24,798 bases of DNA, taken from NCBI GenBank assembly GCA_038247415.1, contig JBBRUX010000053.1, forward strand, positions 1-24,798, written 5' to 3'. Positions 1 through 8,834 of this stretch are shown piece after piece (within the stretch, counting starts at the first letter, position 1; the number at the start of each line of letters is the position of its first letter). The notes beneath the pieces were generated by a model, which was not told the DNA's origin, did not search any database, and saw only the letters and a list, made by a program, of their open reading frames with translations. Origin of the DNA: Chitinivibrionales bacterium (lineage in GTDB: Bacteria; Fibrobacterota; Chitinivibrionia; Chitinivibrionales; WJKA01). The position numbers were made by a program, and so were the translations under genes.

Positions 1-21
1 AAGTATTGTCTTGATGAGCAT
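1..21 (-). CDS. Probable ISL3 transposase, first 7 codons (MLIKTIL)
   Basis: ATG at 21 preceded by AGGAAG, about 120 nt inside the IS end. MLIKTIL resembles the M-x-x-K-T-I-L-N start I recall for one ISL3 transposase clade. Only 21 nt are visible. Confidence 0.6.
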
Positions 22-139
22 GTGTCTTCCTGGTTGGTGGTCTTTAGTCTGCAAACCAAAAACTACTTTACCGGATGACCATGCTCACTTATTTTACTGA
101 TCAACTATCAATTTCACCCACTAATTCTCCGGAAGAGCC
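1..139 (-). mobile_element. ISL3-family insertion sequence, left end (continues beyond the window start)
   Basis: The minus strand from 139 reads GGCTCTTCCGGAGAATTAGTGGGTGAAATT, a GGCTCT-type terminus typical of ISL3 inverted repeats. It abuts the AT-rich 8-mer TTAATAAT (140-147) and abruptly replaces the kinase sequence after HDFNN. Confidence 0.8.
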
Positions 140-1630
140 ATTATTAAAATCATGGGCTATACCACCTGCAAGTAAACCAATAGACTCAAGTTTTTGAGAT
201 TGGCGCAACTGCTCTTCAAGTTGTTTTTTTTCACATTCTGATCTTTTGCGTGCTGTTATATCCCTAGAAATGACCATAACATTATCAACTACTCCATTAT
301 TCTGAATCGGTACAAAATAATCTTCATAGGAACATATGCTTCCATGGGTTCCTGCTGCTTCATGCTCTGCAAAAAGTACCTTTTTATTTTCAATGCATTT
401 CTTGAAATGTAAACGGAATGCTTCTTTTGATCCGGGTGCAACAAAGTCATCAAAATACCTATCTTTAAAATCATCGTAAGAGAATCCGTCTGCATAATGA
501 TTCAAATACACAAAACGGCCCGATACATCATGTATTCCGACATAGTCGGGCAGCGTTTCTAGCAATAATCGCCAACGAGCTTCGCTCGCCTGTAACGATT
601 CTTCGGACTTTTTCCTGTCTGTAATATCACGAATGCTTGACACAACTAACTGGGAATCACCGATGGTAATTACCCCTGCTGAAAAAAGTCCATAGAATAA
701 TTCTCCAGATTTACGCCTGAATATAGATTCTTCATTCGTAACTCTTTTATGCAGAATGAGTTTTTGCAGAATTGATAGACGCTGGTCGGCATTTTCCCAA
801 AACCGTAAGAATACCGAAGTATTATTAATCACCTCATGGCGTTGATAACCCGAGAGCAACATAAATTCTTCGTTTACGTCCACAACAAGTCCATCTGATA
901 CTCGCGTAATGATTTTAGCATCGGGGGAGAATTGAAAAATCCAGCTAAATTTTTCGTCTTGTTTCTTTAACGCGATCCATAATCTTTGCTGCACCATCAA
1001 AAACCAACTGAAGGTGAGGAGAATTATTAACGTTTCATACGTGAGGATAACCAGTACATCGATAGGTCCCGATGACATCATATCGTTAGTATTTGAAGGC
1101 TTTATAAAAATAGCCCCAATTCTGAGGACATTAAGAAAACAATAACCAATGTACGCAACTCCTAGCATAACTGTCCAGAGTGGCATTTTTTCGCGCTTTT
1201 TCGAAAGAAGAATCCATGCACATTGCATAGATACAAGCAAAATCGATACAGCAATGGCAAGATTTCTTAGAGTTAAATTGTCCTGAATTATCGAAAAATA
1301 AAATTGTACAACGATAAATGCGCATAACAAAACAATCTTGGCCAGATTATTCCTGCGTAAACCTAGAAATCGCTCGAGTCCCATAAGTCCAGCAATAGCA
1401 CCACTCATAATCAAACTATTGGCAATAACCATGGTAACAAAATCGGGCAGTATCCCGCGAAAACAAATGAGCATGGTGCCAAGAGCTTGCATGCTAAAAT
1501 TAAAGGCTAAAAAAGAAAGCCCCGAAAAATGTCTCCGATTTTGTAACCACAGGCCAATAATAACGATTGCACAAAAAAAATTGGTTACAGCAAAACCAAG
1601 CATTTCGGTGCGCATATCCAATGCGAACAT
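101..1630 (-). pseudogene. Membrane (about 7 TM) PAS-PAS sensor histidine kinase, interrupted at the H-box by an IS
   Basis: Hydrophobic N-terminal 215 aa, two PAS/PAC domains (RDITDRKK, RDITARKR), then QSQKLESIGLLAGGIAHDFNN. The last 12 aa (GSSGELVGEIDS) come from the IS end, and there is no HATPase domain. Confidence 0.88.
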
Positions 1631-1668
1631 TGCCTATCCTTTGAATACAGGACAAAACTTCGATCTTC

Positions 1669-1742
1669 GGGGCCTAGAAATCATTGGAGTTCAATATTTT
1701 GAACCCCACAATGGTTTCTAGGCCCCACCCTCCTCAAGGGTG
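1669..1742. repeat. Two adjacent inverted repeats: a 58-nt long hairpin and a 17-nt hairpin
   Basis: GGGGCCTAGAAA...TTTCTAGGCCCC outer arms (1669-1726) with inner CATTG/CAATG and GTTCAA/TTGAAC pairing; CACCCT/AGGGTG at 1726-1742. Confidence 0.8.
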
Positions 1743-1749
1743 CTTTTGG

Positions 1750-1758
1750 ATTATACCA
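1750..1758 (-). promoter_or_regulatory. Extended -10 promoter (TGnTATAAT) for the sensor kinase gene
   Basis: Minus strand TGGTATAAT about 120 nt upstream of the ATG at 1630. Confidence 0.5.
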
Positions 1759-2038
1759 TAGCTGGAGAATTAGGAGGGAATATTGTAACAGAAAGGAAAA
1801 CAAGCACGCATATTCAAGAAAGGCAGCACATTTGCTTTAGTCCAAATAAGGGGGTTATAAAGGCACAATTTACCAAACCATCGTATACATGATCTTCATA
1901 GGGAACACGGCACTATTACCTGTACGCATGGAATTGCACTAAAAAAGGAGCTTAGGGTAGCTTATTAGAACTCTAGCCAGAATCAGGCAGCTTTTTTTAC
2001 CAATTGAGAAACACTATCACCATCAGGGTCAAAAAAAC

Positions 2039-2899
2039 TTAAATATCTTTTGTGCTATGACAAAAGCTTCCCGCCCACCATTCGCCTTCAGTCAATTCAG
2101 ACATGAGGCTAAAATGATGCTTTCGGGCAGCAGCAACAGCTTCATCTCGCTCGGTAGCCAAAAGCCCCGACCAAATGAGTCCGCCCCCATTTTTAACGCG
2201 CTTTGAAATAGCTGGCAAAACAGGTACCGATTCCCGCAAGAGCATGTTCATAACGGTAACATCAAATATCGAGCGCTCGACAACGGCCTGAATATCGCCT
2301 ACAATGAGTGCAACAGGGCCAAGAGCAGCATTATCTCTGAGATTTTCGCCCATATTGTCCCATGTCAATTCGTCGATTTCTACGCCAATAACACCACGTG
2401 CACCAAAATGGGCGGCAATAAACGCAAGGAGGCCTGTTCCGCACCCAACGTCAAGCACAAGTCCATTTTCTAAAGCTTCACGACGTGCAAAAAGAGATTG
2501 TGCCGCAAGTCGGGTTGTTTCGTGATGGCCGGTACCAAAGGTCATTTTGGGTTCTATCTTGATCCAGATGTCGATTTCTTTAAGTGGAGGTTCTCGCCAT
2601 GAGGGACTAACCCACAGGCCTTGCGCAACCATGACGGGCTCGATGGTCTCGCGCCATTTTTCGTTCCAATTTTTATCCTCGACCGTCGTAACCGTTAGGG
2701 GAGAAAAAAGCGGATATGACATGAGGACATATTCTGCAACGCCAAGGCTTTGTTCATCGGGAAAAAAGGCCTTGATAGCAACCAATGCCCCTTCAACATC
2801 GTCTTCTTCCATGCCAAGCATTTCGCATTCGGCCCAGGCACCAAGAATGAGGTCTTTATCTGAAGCAGTCAATGTGGTTGACAAGCAATAAGTTGGCAT
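2039..2899 (-). CDS. prmA: Ribosomal protein L11 methyltransferase
   Basis: EDKNWNEKWR, IEPKMTFGTGHHETT and the SAM motif VLDVGCGTG. Confidence 0.92.
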   Translation of the reverse strand: MPTYCLSTTLTASDKDLILGAWAECEMLGMEEDDVEGALVAIKAFFPDEQSLGVAEYVLMSYPLFSPLTVTTVEDKNWNEKWRETIEPVMVAQGLWVSPSWREPPLKEIDIWIKIEPKMTFGTGHHETTRLAAQSLFARREALENGLVLDVGCGTGLLAFIAAHFGARGVIGVEIDELTWDNMGENLRDNAALGPVALIVGDIQAVVERSIFDVTVMNMLLRESVPVLPAISKRVKNGGGLIWSGLLATERDEAVAAARKHHFSLMSELTEGEWWAGSFCHSTKDI

Positions 2900-2908
2900 A
2901 GTTTGGTA

Positions 2909-4186
2909 TTATTTAAAATTGGTATTGGTTCGTTTAATGGCACAAAATTCGCCGCACATACTGCATACTTCCTGCTCGTGAGGAGGCAACGCATCGCGGC
3001 GTGCTTGAGCTTTTTCGGGATCGACACACAAGGAAATCATTGTTTTCCAATCGAGCTTGGCTTTTGCAGCACTCACTGCATGATCCCACTCTATTGCCCC
3101 GGGAAGACCCTTTGCAACATCTGCAGCATGAGCCGCAATGCGGGAAGCTATAACACCATCCTTGACATCTTGTATTGTTGGCAAACACAAATGTTCTGCG
3201 GGAGTTACATAACATAAGAAGTCGGCTCCAGCCATACCAGCAACAGCACCACCAATGGCCGCAGTAATATGATCGTAGCCTGGGGAAATATCCGTGACCA
3301 GTGGGCCTAAAATATAAAAAGGGGCATTATCACAAATGGTTTTTTGAATTTGCATGTTTGAGGCTACTTGATTAAGAGGAACATGCCCTGGACCTTCTAC
3401 AAATACCGTTACGGTATGTTCGCGGGCGCGCTTAACAAGTTCACCAAGAATAATGAGCTCTTCTATCTGAACACGATCGGTAGCATCTTTGAGCGCGCCA
3501 GGCCTAAAACCATCGCCCAAACTTACCGCAACATCATACTCTGCGCAAATGTCAAGGAGGCGATCGTACTGTTCGTACAGTGGATTTTCCTTATTATTCG
3601 CATGTATCCACTCCATGATGATCGTACCACCACGACTCACGGCTCCTGCAAGGCGTTTTGCCTCTTCGAATCGGGCAACACTGGCCTTGGTTACACCACA
3701 ATGGAGCGTTAGAAAATCTACCCCATCTTTACAATGATTAGTAATGACCTCAAACATATCATCTGCGGTTAAATCCAGCACCGATTGGGATCGTTTTTTG
3801 GCCACCATTGCCATTTCGTATAAAGGAACTGTACCAATTGCCACGGGACATGCTGCAATGATTTTTTTTCGAATATCGGCGATATCGCCAGCGGTCGAAA
3901 GGTCCATAATTGCGTCGGCGCCATGCTTTACAGCAACCCGGCATTTTTCAAGTTCTTCATCGATATCAACCTTAGATGAACTTGTTCCAATGTTTGCATT
4001 TATTTTTATACGGGTGTTCTTACCGATAACCAGCGGATTGATGGGGCGAAGCGTGTTGCGAATAAGTGCAATGGAACCATCGGCAACAGCGGCCATGACA
4101 GCTTCAACAGAGAGATTCTCGAGGGTGGCGGCGTAGCGCATTTCATCGGTGAGGATGCCTTTGCGCGCAGATTCTATACGTGTCAT
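2909..4186 (-). CDS. thiC: Phosphomethylpyrimidine synthase ThiC, short form (a BzaA/B/F-type paralog is not excluded)
   Basis: KINANIGTS, DAIMDLST, VSRGG, SLGDGFRPG, EGPGH, GYDHIT, CYVTPAEHL and the C-terminal CSMCGEFC Fe-S motif. Confidence 0.92.
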   Translation of the reverse strand: MTRIESARKGILTDEMRYAATLENLSVEAVMAAVADGSIALIRNTLRPINPLVIGKNTRIKINANIGTSSSKVDIDEELEKCRVAVKHGADAIMDLSTAGDIADIRKKIIAACPVAIGTVPLYEMAMVAKKRSQSVLDLTADDMFEVITNHCKDGVDFLTLHCGVTKASVARFEEAKRLAGAVSRGGTIIMEWIHANNKENPLYEQYDRLLDICAEYDVAVSLGDGFRPGALKDATDRVQIEELIILGELVKRAREHTVTVFVEGPGHVPLNQVASNMQIQKTICDNAPFYILGPLVTDISPGYDHITAAIGGAVAGMAGADFLCYVTPAEHLCLPTIQDVKDGVIASRIAAHAADVAKGLPGAIEWDHAVSAAKAKLDWKTMISLCVDPEKAQARRDALPPHEQEVCSMCGEFCAIKRTNTNFK

Positions 4187-4331
4187 AATTATTGTGTGCT
4201 CTTTTATTTTAAGGTGATTACTTTTGATTTGTTACATGGGAAAAGTGCAAAACTCTTCTCTGACTCCGATCGTTGAGACTGTCGAAACGAAAGGGTGTTT
4301 TGCAATATGTTGCATGCTTAAAATTAGTATT

Positions 4332-4360
4332 AAAATAGATTCTTACGTCACCTACACCAA
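4332..4360 (-). promoter_or_regulatory. Putative sigma70-type promoter for thiC-prmA
   Basis: TTGGTG-17 nt-TATTTT, the same spacing and -10 variant as the dtxR promoter. Confidence 0.4.
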
Positions 4361-4393
4361 AAATGATTTACCTCTTTAATAAGGATAGTATAC

Positions 4394-5536
4394 ATGGCAA
4401 CTTCGTTTGATTCCGTAATCGACCGACGCACTACCGATAGCGATAAATGGGATAAATACAAGGGAACAGACATTCTGCCCTTGTGGGTTGCCGACATGGA
4501 TTTTGCTGCTCCGCCAAAAGTGCTCGAAGCATTAAGGCACAGGCTTGATCATGGGATTTTAGGATATACTCGAACGCCGCAGGCACTTATCGACACGGTA
4601 TGTTCGCATGTGAGCACACAATATGCGTGGGATATAGATCCCGAGTGGCTTGTTTTTATTCCAGGTCTTGTATGCGGACTCAATATTACCTGCGCTGCAG
4701 TTGGGCAACCGCACACGAGTGTCCTTACTGCAATTCCGGTTTACCCACCTTTTTTCTCGGCACCCACAAATCAACATAAGCGCGTTATTACCGTTCCGCT
4801 GCAACAGACCCACAACAAATGGCATTTTGATTTTGATCTCTTTGAGAAATCTATCGCGCCCGATACGAGCTTATTTTTGCTCTGCAACCCGCATAATCCT
4901 GTGGGTCGATGTTTTACAAAAGAAGAGCTTTCGACACTCGCTAAAATCTGCGACAAACACAACATCACTATTTGTTCCGACGAAATCCACAACGAACTTA
5001 TTATAGAGCCATCAGTCAAACATATTCCAATAGCCTCGCTGGATCCCGTTATTGCAGCTCGAACCATAACTCTTATTGCCCCAAGCAAAACGTATAATAT
5101 TCCAGGACTGGGTGCTTCAATTGCAATAATTTCAGACCCAAAACTTCGCATGTCCTTTAAAAAAGCTATGGCAGGCATTGTTCCTCACGTCAATGCTTTG
5201 GGACTTGTTGCCGCCCTTGCTGCATATCGTGATTGTGCCGATTGGCATGCAGAGCTCGTGCGTTATTTGCGAACCAACCGTGACCTCATCAGCACAACGC
5301 TTTCATCTGTCAATGGGCTTTCTCTAAGCCATGTTGAGGCAACCTATCTTTCCTGGATTGATACCCGAGGCCTTGGCATAGCTGATCCTGTAACTTTTTT
5401 TGAGCATGCGGGCGTAGGACTTTCGGATGGTAAGGATTTTATGGGCGAAGGGTTTGTCCGCCTCAATTTTGGGTGCGCACAAAGTACGCTTGTTGAGGCA
5501 TTGGATCGGATGAAAAAAGCGATCGGAAAGCTTTAA
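4394..5536 (+). CDS. patB: PatB/MalY family PLP-dependent C-S lyase (cystathionine beta-lyase-like)
   Basis: LPLWVADMDF, LCNPHNPVGR, SDEIH, APSKTYNIPGL (PLP lysine) and FVRLNFGC. Confidence 0.9.
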   Translation: MATSFDSVIDRRTTDSDKWDKYKGTDILPLWVADMDFAAPPKVLEALRHRLDHGILGYTRTPQALIDTVCSHVSTQYAWDIDPEWLVFIPGLVCGLNITCAAVGQPHTSVLTAIPVYPPFFSAPTNQHKRVITVPLQQTHNKWHFDFDLFEKSIAPDTSLFLLCNPHNPVGRCFTKEELSTLAKICDKHNITICSDEIHNELIIEPSVKHIPIASLDPVIAARTITLIAPSKTYNIPGLGASIAIISDPKLRMSFKKAMAGIVPHVNALGLVAALAAYRDCADWHAELVRYLRTNRDLISTTLSSVNGLSLSHVEATYLSWIDTRGLGIADPVTFFEHAGVGLSDGKDFMGEGFVRLNFGCAQSTLVEALDRMKKAIGKL

Positions 5537-5561
5537 TACACGTAAAATGGCGATGGCGCCA

Positions 5562-6059
5562 TTATTTTCCAGTAAATAATTTCAGGAACTCTTCTGTATT
5601 AATTGGTTTTTGCACAAATGCAGCGCCCTGCCGCAAAAGGTGCTCTGTTTGAGCCTCGTTAGGATTTTTTCCGCAGATTACAAATCGAGTTTGAGGCCTG
5701 AGCATTCTCACATTTGCAAATATTTCTGCGCATTTTGTTGAGTCGGTTGGGGTATCCATGTCGAGAATCGCCACATCGATCTCATGATCTGCGATAAAAT
5801 CGATTGCCTCAGTTGTTTGCTTTAATACTGTTAAAGCCCCACGCTGCCCAATATGGCTTATGAGTGATTTTTCGAAAAGAACTGCAAACGTATACAGCAC
5901 CGCGTTAATTTTTGGTGCTACTGTCTTGAGCACTTCTGGACCCTCGCCTGCCGGCTTAGCTTTAGGCACAAATGCATGATCAGCCCATTTGGACCCAGCT
6001 TTATGGGGCATAGCTTTTATTTTATTGAGAAGTTCTTGCCGATTTCGTTCAAAATCCAT
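5562..6059 (-). CDS. Stand-alone atypical receiver (CheY-like) domain protein with an N-terminal extension
   Basis: EAIDFI...DVAILDMD, PQTRFVIC and GAAFVQKP match the receiver fold. The beta1 acidic pair is missing. Confidence 0.72.
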   Translation of the reverse strand: MDFERNRQELLNKIKAMPHKAGSKWADHAFVPKAKPAGEGPEVLKTVAPKINAVLYTFAVLFEKSLISHIGQRGALTVLKQTTEAIDFIADHEIDVAILDMDTPTDSTKCAEIFANVRMLRPQTRFVICGKNPNEAQTEHLLRQGAAFVQKPINTEEFLKLFTGK

Positions 6060-6115
6060 AGTGTCAGCCTTTTTCTATATCTTGAATTAGTTGCAAAACC
6101 CCAGCGGTCACATCG

Positions 6116-6144
6116 ATTATACCCCCCTCCGTAATCCGCGTCAA
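6116..6144 (-). promoter_or_regulatory. Near-consensus sigma70 promoter for the receiver gene
   Basis: TTGACG-17 nt-TATAAT, about 55 nt upstream of the ATG at 6059. Confidence 0.75.
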
Positions 6145-6287
6145 CCCCCTCTATCTATCCTATCAAACTTTTTAGAAGCGATAGGATGTATTTTTTCTTG
6201 ATGGCTAACGTGCTGGTACAGTGCATCACCTAAAGCGTATTACCACCGTGAAGTGACACAAACTAACTTTTTTCGAGGGATTACTGC

Positions 6288-6731
6288 ATGCCAATCCGAC
6301 ACTTTGACCCATCATTTACTTGGGAGCGAACCCCTATCTTACAGTATAAAGAAGATGTCGGCACGCATTTTAAAGATATTACCCGGCAACTGCTCTACGA
6401 AGGCTCAGAAAATATTCCCTGTCAATTACGGTACTTCGAAATTCTTTCTGGCGGATACTCGACTTTGGAAATGCATGAACACATCCATGTGGTAATGATA
6501 ATGCGGGGCAGCGGTACCATGCTTCTTGACGAGAAGATTATTACCATTGCAGCATTTGATTGCATCGAGATTCCTTCCCGTTCATGGCATCAGCTCAGGG
6601 CAACTTCCCCTGAACCGCTTGGATTTCTATGCGTAGTTTCATGTGTTCGCGATACGCCAATTCTTCCAACACAAAACGATATTGCACACCTTAAAACCGT
6701 TGTACAGGTGAGTTCATTTCTTCGCGTGTAA
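6288..6731 (+). CDS. Cupin-2 domain protein
   Basis: LRYFEILSGGYSTLEMHEHIHVVMIMRGSG and EIPSRSWHQLR cupin motifs; GAGG RBS. Confidence 0.85.
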   Translation: MPIRHFDPSFTWERTPILQYKEDVGTHFKDITRQLLYEGSENIPCQLRYFEILSGGYSTLEMHEHIHVVMIMRGSGTMLLDEKIITIAAFDCIEIPSRSWHQLRATSPEPLGFLCVVSCVRDTPILPTQNDIAHLKTVVQVSSFLRV

Positions 6732-6757
6732 CAACAGATACAAAAAGGCATCAAACT

Positions 6758-7732
6758 ATGACTATCCAAAACTTCTCAGATCTCACTCCCGATGCCATCC
6801 TCGAACTTGTCGAGAATGCATATCAGATTAAGCTTACTTCACTTGTGCGAAGTCTTCCAAGCTACATCAACCGGGTTTACGAACTAAAATCATCCGATGG
6901 CGCAGGCCTTGTTGTTAAGTTTTATCGACCTAATCGCTGGACATACGTTGCAATACTCGACGAACATGCGTTCATGTTCGATTGTGAAGAAACAGAATTA
7001 TCGGTTATTACACCCCTGCGACTTCCCAATGGATCTACTCTTGCTCAATCTGGCACACTCTATTTTGCGTTGTTTCCCAAAAAAGCTGGTCGACAACTTG
7101 AGATCCTCGATGGCGATTGGCAACGTATAGGTTCACTTTTAGCCCGCATGCATCTCTGCGGACAAAAACGGGTGGCAGAGCATCGGATAACAATGCACCC
7201 CTTAAAGGCAACCAGCGATGACCTTGCATTTTTATGCACTGCAATTGTGCCCGATCTTTACAAAACAACATTTCATCAGGTTGTAACTTCTATCATCCAG
7301 GTGTCGGTGCCACTGTTTGAAAAACTCGAGACCATCCGGATTCATGGAGATTGTCATCGAGGTAATATTCTCGATCGGTTGGATAACGATTTACTATTGA
7401 TAGACTTCGACGATATGGCCATGGGCCCACCCATTGCTGATATCTGGCTTCTTTTGCCCGATCGCATTGCCAACTGCCCTTCGGAAATCGGTGACCTCAT
7501 GCGAGGCTATGAGCGTTTTAGGAGCTTTGATAAGGCGGGTCTTTTGGCGATCGAATCTTTGCGGGCTATGAGAATGATTTACTTTTTGGCATGGTGCAGC
7601 CGTCAACGGGATGATTTTCAATTTAAAACCAATTTTCCTGAGTGGGGCAACGACACCTTTTGGCAGCGAGAAATTAACGACCTCAGAACCCAGCAGAGCG
7701 AAATACGGGATGCTGTGTCGAATAGGTATTAA
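6758..7732 (+). CDS. srkA: Stress response Ser/Thr kinase SrkA (RdoA/YihE)
   Basis: LPSYINRVY, VVKFYRPNRW, RIHGDCHRGNIL, IDFDD and IESLRAMRMIYFLAW. Confidence 0.9.
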   Translation: MTIQNFSDLTPDAILELVENAYQIKLTSLVRSLPSYINRVYELKSSDGAGLVVKFYRPNRWTYVAILDEHAFMFDCEETELSVITPLRLPNGSTLAQSGTLYFALFPKKAGRQLEILDGDWQRIGSLLARMHLCGQKRVAEHRITMHPLKATSDDLAFLCTAIVPDLYKTTFHQVVTSIIQVSVPLFEKLETIRIHGDCHRGNILDRLDNDLLLIDFDDMAMGPPIADIWLLLPDRIANCPSEIGDLMRGYERFRSFDKAGLLAIESLRAMRMIYFLAWCSRQRDDFQFKTNFPEWGNDTFWQREINDLRTQQSEIRDAVSNRY

Positions 7733-7737
7733 CGAGA

Positions 7738-8736
7738 TTACTTAAGTTGACCGAAAGATACTTTCCCATAGGCACGCGAAAGCGCACGGGGAAGGTTCTC
7801 CAATTCCCAATCTTTGGAGCTCTCGTAGCTTGGACACGTGTTTAACACATGAATAAATTCACGTACGCCTTGTTTTTCGTTTCCATTTGCATGAATTAAG
7901 ATAACCGATCCTGTTTGCGCAATTTGTCCCTTGGCAAGCCATGCATTGGTTCCCAGTGGCACAAGCCCCAATTGAATAATAGAATCGAATATCGCAGTAT
8001 TTGAGATGAGCCCGGGGAATCTAAAAAATATCGAGGGAACCCAGCCTCGGGCAATCATTGCTTGCTCATTCTTGAGCACTTCGGCATGAATATTGGTTCC
8101 TTTTTCCAAAAGAAAATTTTGCTGTAAAGGAAGGTCCTTTTTTGCATAGTGGTTATACGAATGATTAACCCACGTCACTTCAATCTTCTCGTTTACAATT
8201 AAACTATCTATCCACGCTGCATCATCCTGATGATTTTCAAGCCATCTGCCGGCGACCGAAAGTGCACAGGGAATAGGCCTTTTTTGCGCTTGAGGTAAAG
8301 ACACAAGAGTTTTAAATAAAATCCGATCCAGCGGCTTATGAGATGGGCACAAATCTACCGTTAGAAAAAATGATCCATAAGGTGATGGCACCGATTGCAT
8401 ACCAGCAAGAGCAAGCGAATGAGGCGATTGATACGCATGTATTAGTATTGCGCCATAAGGTGTATGTGCAAGGAGTTCCAAAACTTTACACAAAGGAATC
8501 GGATGAACCACGAGACTTTCGGCCGGAACAAAGTGCGTAAGACATGTTTTAGGGTTTATTGCAAAAAAGCAACCCCCGCTCCCCCGCTCAAAATGGCGTA
8601 TTATAATAAGAGTATCAGGCTGGTTATTCTCGATGCCGATACCAAAATAGTGCTCATAATTGCTTATTGTTTGAGCGCTCGCTACACTGCAAGAAACGAA
8701 CAAGCAGACCAAAAAAGTTCTTAGGATAATATGCAT
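7738..8736 (-). CDS. Exported polysaccharide-deacetylase-like protein
   Basis: Signal peptide; LTVDLCPS, WVNHSYNH, FFRFPGL and ILIHANGNE resemble NodB/CE4-like motifs. Confidence 0.7.
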   Translation of the reverse strand: MHIILRTFLVCLFVSCSVASAQTISNYEHYFGIGIENNQPDTLIIIRHFERGSGGCFFAINPKTCLTHFVPAESLVVHPIPLCKVLELLAHTPYGAILIHAYQSPHSLALAGMQSVPSPYGSFFLTVDLCPSHKPLDRILFKTLVSLPQAQKRPIPCALSVAGRWLENHQDDAAWIDSLIVNEKIEVTWVNHSYNHYAKKDLPLQQNFLLEKGTNIHAEVLKNEQAMIARGWVPSIFFRFPGLISNTAIFDSIIQLGLVPLGTNAWLAKGQIAQTGSVILIHANGNEKQGVREFIHVLNTCPSYESSKDWELENLPRALSRAYGKVSFGQLK

Positions 8737-8834
8737 AGCACCTACTTGGTGGTAAAACTAATGATTCCAAAGATACCATCGAACTGAAGAAATTGCAAAT
8801 ATCGATTTCACAAAGCGGCTCAAACTGATGTGGA

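Noticed and set aside
1764..1785. GGAGAATTAGGAGGGAATATTG resembles the inner part of the ISL3 end (GGAGAATTAGTGGGTGAAATTG)
   Set aside because: It lacks the terminal GGCTCTT, no transposase follows, and it overlaps the kinase promoter region; most likely chance.
4187..4393. TPP riboswitch upstream of thiC
   Set aside because: The conserved CTGAGA and ACCTGA elements are not present on the coding strand.
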